A stretch of 58,147 bases of DNA, counting the filler, from Squatina squatina (lineage: Eukaryota): NCBI GenBank assembly GCA_031763465.1. It is 4 parts of 3 records of this genome, joined end to end, with 100 filler letters (N's around TTAATTAATTAA, not from the genome) between each part and the next. Parts side by side here need not be neighbours in the genome. Positions count along the whole stretch, not along the records: positions 12,388 to 25,375 come from JARFOE010000189.1; positions 25,476 to 39,063 come from JARFOE010000192.1; 2 more parts are not named here. One strand, given 5' to 3'. Made by a program: the position numbers and the translations under genes. The first letter of the stretch is position 1; every line of letters begins with the position of its first letter. The notes under the pieces were generated by a model that did not search any database, was not told the origin of the DNA, and saw nothing but the letters and a program-made list of their open reading frames with translations. Below, piece by piece: positions 24,921 through 36,996 of this stretch.

Positions 24921-25375
24921 GGGGCTAGAAATTCATCCGCGCCCCTTTGGGGCGCTTACGGGTCAGGAACTGGTATTTCTTGTGCCGCTGCCACCCCAAC
25001 CACCGCAGAATTAGTAGTTCCGTGGTGGGAGCGAGCCGCAGTGGGGTCGGCCTCGCTTCCGAGCAGAACTGGGGCATCTGGCCTGGTACGTCACTGGCGT
25101 CGCCTCAGCGCCATGCCAGCGACATCAGTTGCACCGCATCAGCATGCTGCGCACTGGCAGCAGTAGCACTGCCAGGCTACCCTTAAAGGGGAGGGCCACC
25201 GGCCATCATGACGGCATCCCGTGGTCCCGCCACTGGGCCACCAAGGAAGCCGGCGACCAGGCCACCAGCCTGGCACTCCAGTCAGAGTGCCAGGCGAGGG
25301 GATGGTGGCCCGATCCGGCCGTAGGCCGCAATCATTCAGCCGACAACAGAGTCAGCTGACAAATTACGGATGCAG
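24921..25375 (+). mobile_element. GC-rich MITE-like element, same family as 23908-24278
   Basis: Starts ggggctagaaattca. Shares ggcgcttac.ggt, gcagaattagt and cagttgcac motifs with 23908-24278. Confidence 0.55.
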
Positions 25376-25475
25376 NNNNNNNNNNNNNNNNNNNNNNNNN
25401 NNNNNNNNNNNNNNNNNNNTTAATTAATTAANNNNNNNNNNNNNNNNNNNNNNNNNNNNNNNNNNNNNNNNNNNN
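25376..25475. other. Artificial concatenation linker
   Basis: Same structure, 12-mer at 25420-25431. Separates the ATE1/NSMCE4A block from the CDH20/PIGN/RELCH block. Confidence 0.95.
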
Positions 25476-25626
25476 TCTAGATATTAAAGGCATCAAGGGA
25501 TATGGGGATAGTGCAGGAAAATGGGGTTGAGGTAGAAGATCAGCCATGATCTCATTGAATGGTGGAGCAGGCTCGAGGGGCCGAATGGCCTGCTCCTGCT
25601 CCTAGTTCTTATGTTCTTATGTTCTA
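25476..25626 (+). mobile_element. CR1-clade LINE 3' end
   Basis: gatcagccatgatctcattgaatggtggagcaggctcgaggggccgaatggcc followed by a (TTCTTATG)n-like tail. Confidence 0.8.
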
Positions 25627-25749
25627 ACATCTGCACTGAAAGAGAAAGTAAGGTAGCAGGAGGCAGCAACATGGAATATTGGAAGAGATTAAAAGGGGAG
25701 GTGGAAAAGTCAATGATAATAAAATCGGCTTCTCATTGTCTAATTGTAG

Positions 25750-26044
25750 CTTCATTCTGACATGGATAAGGGAGAAGGTTCTGTCAGATACATCCTCTCT
25801 GGTGATGGAGCCGGCACCGTTTTCACTATTGATGACAACACTGGAGACATTCACGCTGTACAGAGGCTAGATCGGGAGGAGAAAACGCACTACACCCTAC
25901 GTGCACAGGCAGTGGACAGATGGACTGGGAGGCCAATGGAGCCTGAGTCTGAATTCATCATCAAGATCCAGGACATCAATGACAACGAGCCCAAGTTTCT
26001 CGATGGGCCTTACATTGGCAGCGTGCCTGAATTATCACCCGTAG
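25750..26044 (+). CDS. CDH20: Type II cadherin, CDH20-like, EC1/EC2 exon (295 nt)
   Basis: Boundaries ttgtag|CTT ... GTAG|gtaagg. Encodes [22 protein letters not shown]...LDREEK...[16 protein letters not shown]...SPV with the LDRE and DxNDN cadherin motifs. Best remembered match is CDH20, supported by PIGN/RELCH synteny. Confidence 0.9.
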
Positions 26045-26435
26045 GTAAGGAGACACGCATTGTTTTGTGTGTAACCTCTGCCTTGATTGCTGTAGAAGTG
26101 ACACTGGTATTCACAAAGATCCAAAATGCAAAAGCATGCTTCATTTTTATTCTGCAATTGTAACCTATAAATCCTAACTTGGTTTACAAGCATGTCTTTG
26201 CACAGTGTGATGTTTGTCAACAATGAGCAGTCACTTTCATGGACTGTCACTTCAAAAGTCTATATGTGTGTTTTAGGTAAATGGAAATCTATTTACTGAA
26301 CCTTTGGAGAAGGCTTAAGTCAGCTACCTTAAGGAAAGGTTTTATTGAATTGAACAAACTCGATGAATAATTGGATTTCAATGAGGTTTGAGTTTACGCT
26401 GTAGTATTGTGAAGTACAAAATGGCCGACTTTTGC

Positions 26436-26556
26436 AAAAGCGAAACACTGCGGATGCTGGAAATCTGAAAAAAAAAACAGAGAATGCTGGAAATGCTCAG
26501 CAGGTCAGGCAGCATCTGTAGAGGGTGAAACAGAGTTGATGGCCTTTCGTCAGAAC
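26436..26556 (-). mobile_element. Penelope-like terminal repeat with the GAAACGTT half of the hammerhead deleted
   Basis: ctgcggatgctggaaatctg...ctcagcaggtcaggcagcatctg...cagagttgatggcctttcgtcagaac. Confidence 0.55.
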
Positions 26557-26929
26557 ATTTGGTTTGGCTAGGGTGACCAGATGTCNNNNNNNNNNNNNNN
26601 NNNNNNNNNNNNNNNNNNNNNNNNNNNNNNNNNNNNNNNNNNNNNNNNNNNNNNNNNNNNNNNNNNNNNNNNNNNNNNNNNNNNNAGTTACCTTGTGGTC
26701 ACCTCGATCTCTAATTTTAAAACACCGTGTAAACCACCAAGCCTAGAAATCACTTGTTTCTGAAATTGGAATTGATCAGATGAATTGATAAAAATAAAAT
26801 TGATACGAGTTGCTGTTGCGAGCACTCGAATGGAAAATTAAACTGAAGTTTAAGGGAATAGTCAAATTTTCATTAAAAGAAACAGGTGAAAAGCAGTCTA
26901 GATGATCCTGCCAATTGCTGTGTATCAAG

Positions 26930-27128
26930 GAAAGAAAGACATACATAGCGCCCCTCACGACCAACAGACATCTCAATGCGCTTTACAGTCAATGAAGTCA
27001 CGGTTGTAATGTGGGAAACGTGGCATCCAATTTGCACACAGCAATGTGATAGTGACCAGATAATGTTTTTGTTATGCTGATTGAGGGATAAAGGTTGGCC
27101 AGGACACCGGGGATAACTCCCCTGCTCT
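26930..27128 (-). mobile_element. DeuSINE (SacSINE1/AmnSINE1-like) Deu domain and tail
   Basis: ccaatttgcacacagcaatgtgatagtgaccagataatg...gattgagggataaa...ggccaggacaccggggataactcccctgctct. Confidence 0.7.
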
Positions 27129-27390
27129 GGAAAACAGTTTTTGGAGAAATAAAATTGAACATGTGACAAAACCTGTCAGTCCAACAGTAATGGACTCAGG
27201 CACAATATAATGGGTCACTTTTGGAAATAAACGGGCCTCTAAAATAATGATAAACAAACAAGATGTGGTAATAACTGAGACCAAGTGGTANNNNNNNNNN
27301 NNNNNNNNNNNNNNNNNNNNNNNNNNNNNNNNNNNNNNNNNNNNNNNNNNNNNNNNNNNNNNNNNNNNNNNNNNNNNNNNNNNNNNNNNN

Positions 27391-27618
27391 GAAACCTTTT
27401 TACGCAACGAGTGGTTAGGATTTGATAGGGTGGTGGATACAGATTCAGTAGTACACTTCAAAGGTGAATTGGAAAAATACCCGAAGGATAAAAAATTGTA
27501 CGGATATGAGGAAAGAGCGGGGGAGTGGGACTAAATCGATTGCTTTTCGAAAGAGCCGATGTAGACTCAATGGGTCAAATGGCCTCCTTCTGTGCTGTAC
27601 TATTCTATGATTCTATGA
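27391..27618 (+). mobile_element. CR1 LINE 3' end
   Basis: ...aaatggcctccttctgtgctgtactattctatgattctatga tail, homologous to 16060-16318. Confidence 0.75.
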
Positions 27619-27999
27619 CTAATATTTGCAAGAAGGGCAGGGGAATGTTTAGGCAGATTACACTGCAGCTACTTTGCAATCCCAGTGATTAGAGATCTAT
27701 TTTAATATTTAATTTTCCTCTATGGCACTATTCCATTTTTTTTAAGACTGAATCGAGAAATACTGCCAGCAGATAGAAGGGAAAGAGACGTCACGCCCAG
27801 TAATGTGTATAGGTTGAACACAGACTTGAGTGTATCTGGTGCACAACTGGTTTAGCCATCCATCACCAGATCTGGCTTGAGCACATCAAGCCCTTTTGGG
27901 CCTCATTCTCCACTGCCTTCTCCTTTCCCAGCTCTCCCCAGGCTCCCCCATGCCCTAACTCAGAACCCACATCGGTCTTGAGTTTCTCTCCCGTTGCCT

Positions 28000-28276
28000 C
28001 TCATGCCCTCTCCATCAAGCTCATCTGGAGACCCATTTTCTCCTTAAACTGCTGACCACCAGCCTACCTTTCTGTCCCCCATCCCAACTCAAATGGTTCC
28101 AGCTCTGCACTTACCTTTCAAAACCGCTGTCATTGCTGCTCTCCTCAAAAAAAAATCCACACCTGACCCCACGATACCTGCAAACTACCACTCCATCTCC
28201 AAACTCCCTTGCATCTCTAAAATTCTTGAATGCATTGCCGCCTCTCAAATCTATGCCCAACTCTGCTGTAACTCTG
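28000..28276 (+). mobile_element. L2-clade LINE reverse transcriptase fragment
   Basis: Encodes FKTAVIAALLKK...DPTIPANYHSISKLPCISKILE, an RT N-terminal motif. Confidence 0.7.
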
Positions 28277-28524
28277 NNNNNNNNNNNNNNNNNNNNNNNN
28301 NNNNNNNNNNNNNNNNNNNNNNNNNNNNNNNNNNNNNNNNNNNNNNNNNNNNNNNNNNNNNNNNNNNNNNNNNNNNTTTACACTATCGCCTAACTCTAAA
28401 GTGATCTCCCTACTTTTTGGGTCCAGTGGAACCCTCAGTGAAGACCACTTTCTCCTTTTAGGTAATACGGGAGCGTCGGCCCAATCTCCATTAACTTACA
28501 CCGTTTGTTACGCTTTCCTTTCAG

Positions 28525-29021
28525 TGTTGATACTGTTCATTTTAACAATGAGGAAATACAAGAGGAAGTCCCTTATCGTTGATGATGAGGAAAACGTCCA
28601 CGAAAACATTGTACGCTATGATGATGAAGGCGGCGGAGAGGAAGACACGGAGGCCTTTGACATTGCTGCCTTGTGGAATCCCAGAGAAGTGCAGCTGACA
28701 AAATCCAGGCGGGATATGCTGCCAGAAATCGCAAGTCTCTCCCGGTACGTGTCGCAGTCCAGAGTAGGGGGCGACAATGTAAACAACTACATCCTGACCA
28801 AGCTGCACGACGCCAACTTGGACCCCTGCGCCCCCCCCTTCGATTCGTTGCAGACCTACGCCTTCGAAGGGAATGGCTCCCTGGCAGAATCGCTGAGCTC
28901 CTTCGAGTCGGCCACGACGGACTCGGACCACAACTACGATTATCTCAGCGACTGGGGGCCTCGGTTCAAAAAGCTGGCAGACATGTACGGAGGCTCCGAG
29001 AACGTCGAGGACTCCTTGTAG
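28525..29021 (+). CDS. CDH20: CDH20-like terminal exon (end of TM segment and cytoplasmic catenin-binding domain)
   Basis: Acceptor tttcag|TG. Encodes ENIVRYDDEGGGEEDTEAFDIAALWNPRE...PPFDSLQTYAFEG...DWGPRFKKLADMYG, stop TAG. The WNPRE and MLPEIxSLSRYV motifs are characteristic of CDH20. Confidence 0.92.
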
Positions 29022-29270
29022 CCGGCGGACGGGAAGCCCCCTGTCTGTGAACCTGCGAGCGTGGGACTCTATTTCCATTTGGGCCAAGATGGCCCGTAGT
29101 CCAGCCGAGGCACCTTTGGATTTCTGCCGCGTTTAAGCACCGCCACGTGGGAAATACTGGAACTGCGGCCCTGGCAGCACAGCATCTTGCGGGACCCGTG
29201 CGGCAGAAAGGAAGGAAAATTACCCTGACTTGCTGAAGTCATTGTTCGTCTGTAGGGAAGAAGAGCAGAA

Positions 29271-29311
29271 AATAAAAAACGCACTAAGGTAGCTCAGTCT
29301 CTGAGAATAAA
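29271..29311 (+). promoter_or_regulatory. Candidate CDH20 polyadenylation signals
   Basis: AATAAA at 29271 and 29306, 250-290 nt after the stop codon. Use is not demonstrable from sequence. Confidence 0.3.
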
Positions 29312-31251
29312 AATGGTTGCATCTTGCCTGTGTAACGCTGAAAACGACTCTAACACTGGGCAGCAACGTCTCACATCCCTCCACCCCTCCCGCCGCACAC
29401 GGATATACCCTGCAATCGGAATAGGATTGGCCTCCGTTTCCTTTTCCCTTTTTTTAAAAAACTCATTGTAAATATATGCACAGGCGCAGCACTCATTAAT
29501 CAGACCGCTGTTTCAGTCACGCGGCAAGCAGGCTCATCTGTAACTTGCAACGTCATGCAGCTGCCGTGTTGGGACCCTGCAGATTGCTGAGCCAATAATT
29601 ACACCTTTTCATTAAGGAAACACCCCCCACCGCTATATATGGAAGAATCACCCAAACCGACGATAGAGGTGAACGCTGGGAGGCCTGCCTGTCCAGCTGG
29701 AAGCCTGTCTACGAGCAAGCTCCACCTGTGTAGATTCCGCTCTGAATGCACAGGGAAGGTTTGCAGCACTGAGGCGTGAACTCCCCGTCCAGGGAGCCCC
29801 AGGTCTGAACCCCGCAAGCGAAGCAAGTCTGGATTTTCTTTTTGTTTTAACCCCCCCCCCCCGATCTCCATCGGTCGACCAACCATCCTCAGCCGCAACG
29901 CTCTGCGTGCTAATCCTAAAGTGGTCAGTGGCGCCAGTCAGTCATTAACGTGAGAGAGGGGGCCGTGAAGCTGGAGGAACTAAGCAGGGGCTAGCGACGG
30001 AATATACAATAAAAGGTCGAACACTGAGGAATGCTGAGGAACAGAGGGACCTTGGTGGGCATGTCAAAGGGGATGGAGTATAAAAGTAGGGAAGTCTTGC
30101 TATAACTGTACAGGGTGCAGGTGAGACCACACCTGGAGTACTGCGTACAGTTTTNNNNNNNNNNNNNNNNNNNNNNNNNNNNNNNNNNNNNNNNNNNNNN
30201 NNNNNNNNNNNNNNNNNNNNNNNNNNNNNNNNNNNNNNNNNNNNNNNNNNNNNNTAGGCAAAGTACAGAAAAGAGCAGGAAGACTGACCCCCAATGCAGA
30301 GGGGAAGAGCGAAAAAGGGAAGCTTAAGCTCCACGGTCTGGAAAGAAATCAGTTAAGAAGGCAGTCTTACTGAAGTATGTAAAATTCAAAATAGCTGAGA
30401 AAAGGTTAGCTCAAATTATGACTTCAAAGTGCACAAAGAAAGTAAGACCAAAGGGTATAAATGGAAATTATGAAAATGTACATTTAGAACAGGTATCAGA
30501 AAAATACTTCTTTATTTCAAAAATGATAAACGTTTGAAACAGCCTATTGAAAAGTGTAAGAGAGGTAAACCCTAATAAATAGCATAATTAGGGTTATTTA
30601 AAATGTCACTAGTTGCTGGATAGAGAATGAATGTACTCAAGGGTAAGATTCCATAGGCCAACTGGCCATTTCCCATTCTTTATACTCTACTTATCAGACA
30701 ATGATGAATACAAACACGCATCGCATAAAAATCTGGGTCATGCACATGATATAACACGAGTCCATAAATATTCAAGTTGTGCACAGCATATTCAAATCAT
30801 AACTATTATAAACTTCAGGCTTACTGGATGAAGTGAAGTGGGGTAGTTTCATTCCACAGGCAATTATGGGCTTAAACTGCAACATTACAGTGAAGGCCAC
30901 ATTTGGTCACTACATTACTCCCACGCAAAAACCACATTTCCCTGGTAAATACATGCATTTAATGGCAAGCTAGTTGCGTCTTAACATGGCATCAACTTTA
31001 ATACTATTTAATTAACAAGTGACGCCAGACATGTGAAAGTTGTGGTGTTCTTACACTGCCACACCCCTGAAATTCACCTGAGACGGCATGTTCGAATACA
31101 GAGCAGCGAGTAGCACAAGTTCCAATATATCAAGTTAAAATAAGTGCAAACACGAGAAAGTTTCAAAAGGCTTAAGCATAACCAATGTTCCCCTCCAATT
31201 TGTTTTGGCCCGCGCGGCCCCTTTAAAGGGGCCATTCAAAATTTTGCACAT

Positions 31252-31347
31252 GCTCAGTGGGCAGCACCCTCGCCTCTGAGTCAGAAGGTTGTGGGTTCAA
31301 GTCCCACTCCAGAGACTCGAGCACAAAAGTCTAGGCTGACACTCCAG
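31252..31347 (+). mobile_element. tRNA-derived SINE head (SacSINE1-like)
   Basis: A-box-like gctcagtgg and B-box ggttcaagtcc, followed by non-tRNA sequence. Confidence 0.7.
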
Positions 31348-31798
31348 NNNNNNNNNNNNNNNNNNNNNNNNNNNNNNNNNNNNNNNNNNNNNNNNNNNNN
31401 NNNNNNNNNNNNNNNNNNNNNNNNNNNNNNNNNNNNNNNNNNNNNNNTGGGAGTTCCTTCACCACACGGACTGCAGCGGTTCAAGAAGGAGGCTCATCAC
31501 CACCTTCTCAAGGGCAACTAGAGATGGGCAATAAATACTTATTGAGCTCAGAAGAGTCCAGAGACCGAACCTTCCTGGTCTATGCGACACGATACACATA
31601 TCAGGTCTCAAAATAAACTTTTGAAAGTGATTTCTTCCTCAATTATTGTTTGAAAACATAAAAACGCATAAACTTATTTTGTCATTACACATTACCACCA
31701 TACTGAATTATTAAAATCTCTCGCTCTAAATGTGTCCAATTTCTAAGTGACAGATAAAACACAGATATTTTTAAAGAAAAGATTGTGTGCAAACTTAC

Positions 31799-31890
31799 AC
31801 AAGAGTAATATTGGGGTTTCTTCCAACAACTGGCATCAATGGAAATACAGCCAGGATGAAGCTGAAAAAAATCCAGCTTAAAGACTTACC
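31799..31890 (-). CDS. PIGN: PIGN (GPI ethanolamine phosphate transferase 1) exon, 92 nt
   Basis: Boundaries ctcttag|GGT ... GT|gtaagt. Encodes [30 protein letters not shown](V), matching PIGN SLSW...[12 protein letters not shown]. Confidence 0.9.
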
Positions 31891-32199
31891 CTAAGAGGAA
31901 CAAAACCAAGTATAACAAATAAAAAATAAAATTAAGACAAATCGTATTAAGGGGCCAACTAAGTTTTAGCCTGCAAAACAAGACAACATTTTCCAGTTTA
32001 TGTGAATATTAGTCAGTGGACGACAACACTGCTCTTTCATCTCTGGGTTTACAGCTGAGACTGGCTTTACAATTAGGCCCAGTTCCTGGGGGTAGGGGTA
32101 ATAATTGTTATAATTACTGTAAAAGAACAGATACCACCGTCCCCATCTCTGGATATAGTGAATACTTATATACAAAGCAAAATATTCGCTTCCTGTGAG

Positions 32200-32336
32200 C
32201 CATGGGGAAGAAGAATGAGAGGTGATCTCATTGAAACATGAGATTCTGAGGGGGATTGACAGGGTCGATGGTGAGAGGTTGTTTCCCCCTGGCTGGAGAG
32301 TCTAGAACCAGGGGTCACAGTCTCAGGATAAGAGGT
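32200..32336 (+). mobile_element. CR1 ORF2 C-terminal fragment
   Basis: Encodes FPLAGESRTRGHSLRIRG (CR1 TRGH motif). Near-identical inverted copy at 34117-34335. Confidence 0.8.
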
Positions 32337-32733
32337 NNNNNNNNNNNNNNNNNNNNNNNNNNNNNNNNNNNNNNNNNNNNNNNNNNNNNNNNNNNNNNNN
32401 NNNNNNNNNNNNNNNNNNNNNNNNNNNNNNNNNNNNGACTGTGCTGGCCCAATAAAAAAGTAATGCACGATGTTCTGTCAGTCAATTTTGATTCATGCCT
32501 CAATTTAACTTGACCTAGAATCAAATGACTGGCCACTTAATAAGTTGTACGAAAATTTAATTAAGTGATTTTGAATTATTTAATGATGCATTCTGCCCAT
32601 GAACATGAATGAAAATAACCAGAAAGCTTGGGAGTATGATTAAGATACACATGAAAAGCAAAACTAATTTGCTTGGTGAGAGTTAAACATTTTTTTTGAA
32701 AAAACTGACACTTAAAAATAATGAATTCCATAC

Positions 32734-32826
32734 CGTAAATTGTTCCAATATTTGCATGGCATTTGTTAGCATGCATTCAGCTTTGAAATGGTCACTGTTG
32801 TTTAAGTACTCCAAAGGTAAAATGCC
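32734..32826 (-). CDS. PIGN: PIGN exon, 93 nt
   Basis: Boundaries tttgatag|GGC ... ACG|gtatgg. Encodes [31 protein letters not shown] (human [31 protein letters not shown]). Confidence 0.9.
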
Positions 32827-33654
32827 CTATCAAAAAAAATCAAAATATGTAGAACAAATTGATGCACGAGAGACAAATGAGTATTTGAAACAGTTGCTTT
32901 AAGTTTCTTGAGAAAACTTGCTGGTTGCATTTTATTCAGGCTACATTATTTTCCAAAGTATAAAAGAGTGATTAATAAAATGTCCGAGTACCTTGCCTTT
33001 CAGAGTTTTCCATAAAATTACTCAATTTATGGGCATTCATGACCGAGCAGGTTAACAGGGGTCACCTTCTGAATAGGACATTGGACAGTAAATAGAAAAG
33101 TATATATTATGAAAAAAGTGTACACTTCCCAAATATGTAAGTTTATTGCTGAAAATGGGTCAGAGCTGATGAGACAGATTACAGGCTTGGTGTGAGTTCT
33201 ATTCCGGGAGTACTTACNNNNNNNNNNNNNNNNNNNNNNNNNNNNNNNNNNNNNNNNNNNNNNNNNNNNNNNNNNNNNNNNNNNNNNNNNNNNNNNNNNN
33301 NNNNNNNNNNNNNNNNNGGCAGGTGACCAAAAGCTTGGTCAAACAGGTAGGTTTTAAGCCACACCTTAAAGGCGGAGAGAGAGGCAGGGAAATTTAGGGA
33401 GGGAATTCCAAAGCTCGGGGCATCGGCAACTGGAGGCACGACCACCAATGGTGGAGCGATGAAAATCGGGGATGCGCAAGAGGCCAGGTTATCGGCCACG
33501 CAGTGACATTGAAAATTACTCCCGTCGTCTTCTGGAACTTTATGTAAATGCTATTGTTTGTTTACAACCACATCATTTCTCGTCCTCCTATGCATCTAAT
33601 GCAGTTTGTCAGACTGAAATAAGGTGGTGGTCGTTTTTGTAATTTCTGAAAGAA

Positions 33655-33710
33655 GTCACTATTTCCAAACAAAATGGTCACTATTTCCAAACAAAATGGT
33701 CACAATTTCC
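33655..33710. repeat. 22-bp tandem repeat x2.5
   Basis: (gtcactatttccaaacaaaatg)2 followed by gtcacaatttcc. Confidence 0.85.
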
Positions 33711-34116
33711 TTTTTCCAAAGTGGGTGGAATGACCAGTTCTGAGTAGGTATTACAGTCAAAGCAGAAAGCTTCATAATCCTTCTTTTGCTTTGGTGGACT
33801 GGAGAGAATGGGAGAACGAGATGGTTAAGTACAAAATGATGTCCAGGATTGACCATCTTTCAGCAAACCAGGTTTGACCTTCCAAATTTTTCATCGCCAT
33901 TTGTACTCCGTGTTACAGTATCTGCAGATCAACAATGCATTATAGTAGTGTACAGTCCATGCTTTATATCTATATCTGTTCTTGATCTGTGCATACATAA
34001 TGTTTGGGAAGCACGGNNNNNNNNNNNNNNNNNNNNNNNNNNNNNNNNNNNNNNNNNNNNNNNNNNNNNNNNNNNNNNNNNNNNNNNNNNNNNNNNNNNN
34101 NNNNNNNNNNNNNNNN

Positions 34117-34335
34117 CCCTCTGAGTGAAGAAATTCCTCCTCATCTCAGTCCTAAATGTCTGACCCCTTATCCTGAGACTGTGACCCCTGGTTCTAGACT
34201 CTCCAGCCAGGGGGAAACAACCTCTCAGCATCGACCTGTCAATCCCCCTCAGAATGTTGTGCTTCATTGAGATCACCTCACATTCTTCTTAACTCCAGAG
34301 AATATAGGCCCAGTCGACTCAATCTCTCCTCATTC
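34117..34335 (-). mobile_element. CR1 ORF2 C-terminal fragment
   Basis: Encodes TRGHSLRIRGQTFRTEMRRNFFTQR. Confidence 0.8.
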
Positions 34336-34915
34336 TTTTCAGCTAGGGATTAATCTAATGAGCCTGCACATAACCAGCATTGATTTCAGTATTTCCTCCA
34401 GCTGGGAAGAAGGCTTCATCTCGACTGTGGATTGACTCAGTTTTGCTTTCTCCAAGTCGGAATATTTTCCTCCTTGTGGAATGCTGAAAGAGCAAAGTAG
34501 CCCATTGAGTGAGTTGAGAGCTCTGCCATTGGATCGGAGATTAACTTGCAAATCAAAAAGAACAAGACAAAGATTTACTATGCTAATTGTGGGGAAATTC
34601 TATTTGAGACTGAAGGGACATGGGCCTGTTAAACTAGCTGCTCCATTAGGAGTAGATCTTTCACTTGCATTTGGGCGATGGGTATGTACTCCCAAGAGGC
34701 CCACAGGTGCTTCATTGGAAACTTAATGTCACAAAGCTTGGTTTGTGTGGGGATGGGGGAGAAGTTAGTTGACGAAATCCTGATGATGCCTGATTTATGG
34801 CAGTGATCATGCATTTTTATTTTAAACTGCATTTTACCAATTTGTAACAAAAGTAGTGTTAAACAATAGGACTGTAGATATAGTTATGTAGACTCTTTTT
34901 TTTGTCCCTTTTTAG

Positions 34916-35011
34916 GTTTCTCGAATCGCCGATAGTGAGCAGTGCGTGATGCTGATGTTGGGGCGATGTCTACCACACATAGTACCAAATGTGCTACTCG
35001 CAAAACGAGAA
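34916..35011 (+). CDS. RELCH: RELCH (KIAA1468) exon, 96 nt
   Basis: Boundaries ttttag|GTT ... GAA|gtaaga. Encodes VSRIADSEQCVMLMLGRCLPHIVPNVLLAKRE. Confidence 0.9.
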
Positions 35012-35200
35012 GTAAGAGAAAAGGAATATTTTGTCTTCAATGCAGTGCTCAAATTTTAGTGTTCCATCTCATTTTGTCTTTTTTGTCTTTATTTTTACAA
35101 CTTCAACTTTTTTGAGCTCACGTTCTTGTTTTCTGCTGAAAGTCTGTATTTGTTACTTACAACCATATTCTTACTCTTATACTTGCGTCTCTGATCCTAG

Positions 35201-35224
35201 AGAATGGTTGTACATCTCTGTCAG
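35201..35224 (+). CDS. RELCH: RELCH 24-nt in-frame microexon (RMVVHLCQ)
   Basis: Boundaries cctag|AGAATGGTTGTACATCTCTGTCAG|gtgagt, a consensus donor. Phase 0/0 and 189 nt after the LLAKRE exon. Confidence 0.7.
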
Positions 35225-36831
35225 GTGAGTTGAGAAAACCTCAAGGTATCCAAAAGGCTTTCTTCATTGTTGCTGCTACAACTTTCTTTTTCTTGCTGCT
35301 GTTTCTAGGGATTTAAAAACTTGAGGCTAACCACTTTAATTCTATTAATATTCTAATGTTTGCAGCTGCTGGCATAAATTCATTTAAGTATTTTGCCTTT
35401 TAGTGAGTAGATGACTTTTTTCACTGTTAAATCTCTAACTTCGTCCAGTTCTGATGAAAGGCCATCGACCTGAAGCNNNNNNNNNNNNNNNNNNNNNNNN
35501 NNNNNNNNNNNNNNNNNNNNNNNNNNNNNNNNNNNNNNNNNNNNNNNNNNNNNNNNNNNNNNNNNNNNNNNNNNNNTTTTGCGACTATTTGAATGCATTT
35601 TTTGAAGGAGTTTGTAATTCTCCCTGTGGTGGGATTTTTCACATTAGCCAGGTTTTGCTTTGTCTAATGCAGTAAGATTGGAGGTACAGCAAAAACAAAA
35701 TTATGATGCAAGTTAACCAGCCTTAGCTAATTGATGCAAGGTAACAGACAACAATTAGAAATGCTTACTATAGGGGAGCTCTGTTCCATTGCAAACATGC
35801 AGGTATTGCTGTTTTTTTTATCATCCTGTTAGATAAGAACATGTTGCCATGCTCCAGAGTGATATGAAATGTATTTCACTTTGTGATTACTTCACAACCA
35901 GAATGAAACATAAATATATGAAAGACAGACAGGAAAAGACTGACTGTCTCGACGTAACAAAGCATTGTGATTCTCAGTGCTCCTGCCCACTAGCAGCATT
36001 GTAATCATCTGGGAGACAAATAAATAAATAAATAAAAAAACCGGGCTGATTCAGTGGGGGGAAAAAAATCTGGAAAATTCCTCTCCAATCCCATAAGGTG
36101 ATCAAAAACAAGGTCTAGGAGATCACTATGACTATGTGGTACATATTCAAGTCCCTCCTACCTCTGTTTGCAGGATATTAGCCACCGTAAGGAACCTGTC
36201 CAGTTTCTTTTTGAACTGCCCCAGCTCAATCCCTCGATCTGGCTTGTTCCAGACGTAGTAAAATTGGCAACAATGGGGAGGAGTTTATTTAGAACTATGG
36301 AGTTAAGTGTTCATGTTAGTTATGTGGCTTGTTACTGAAAGAAATATCAATTGATTTTAAAGTGGTCCCATGAATTTAGTAGTACCTCTCAGCTGAGGGG
36401 CATTTCAAGATGGTAGATAGTTGCATCAGGAAGAGCAAAATGCAGCTCACATAACAGGATGGCATCGACTCTCTTAATAAGATAACTTTCAATTATTTTG
36501 ATATTAGTACACAGGAGTGGTAATTACTCTGGCTTACTGATATTTAAAGGTGCCTCAGATCGTAATGAGGTGAAATAAATATAGGCATATTATAGATCTC
36601 AGTGATATAAGTAAGTGCATGATATTGATCAAATGGATGATAACTGTATTACAAAAAATATCAGCGAAGTATTGGTGCTATTCAGTACCTTGTATGCATC
36701 ACCATATAAGATAATATCTAATCAGCCAAGCTTTGAGAGTATAGATTTTTTTTTTCCACATTCAGATCAAATATCTTTGGAAATTCCCAATTCTTTGTTT
36801 GTATGTATAAATGGCCTTTTTTCCTCCCCAG

Positions 36832-36996
36832 GGTTTTGAACTGCAAATGTCTGCCTTAAATGACCCCTCGGAGAGGGTAATTAATGCTACACATCAAGTT
36901 TTCCTGCCAGCTTTTGCAGCGTGGACTACAGAACTGGGTAAACTCCAGTCTCATCTTATTCCGACTCTGCTAAGCAACATTGAAAAAATACTCAGG
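36832..36996 (+). CDS. RELCH: RELCH exon, 165 nt (HEAT-repeat region)
   Basis: Boundaries ccccag|GGT ... AGG|gtaggt. Encodes GFELQMSALNDPSERVINATHQVFLPAFAAWTTELGKLQSHLIPTLLSNIEKILR. Confidence 0.92.

Noticed and set aside
21752-25750. Apparent novel linkage of NSMCE4A with CDH20
   Set aside because: The two genes are separated by an artificial linker at 25376-25475.
25750-29021. Apparent mini-cadherin with only EC1 and a cytoplasmic tail
   Set aside because: Three gaps of unknown size lie between the exons, so the missing exons are most likely unassembled.
28542-29087. 181-aa minus-strand ORF and 125-aa alternative-frame ORF
   Set aside because: Shadows of the GC-rich CDH20 terminal exon. 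No independent similarity.
31252-31347. tRNA gene here or at 38823
   Set aside because: A/B boxes are present but there is no complete cloverleaf, and the sequence continues into SINE body.
29022-31798. Apparent loss of RNF152 between CDH20 and PIGN
   Set aside because: Gaps in the interval make absence uninformative.
33655-33710. CRISPR-like direct repeats
   Set aside because: Head-to-tail units without spacers, in a vertebrate genome.
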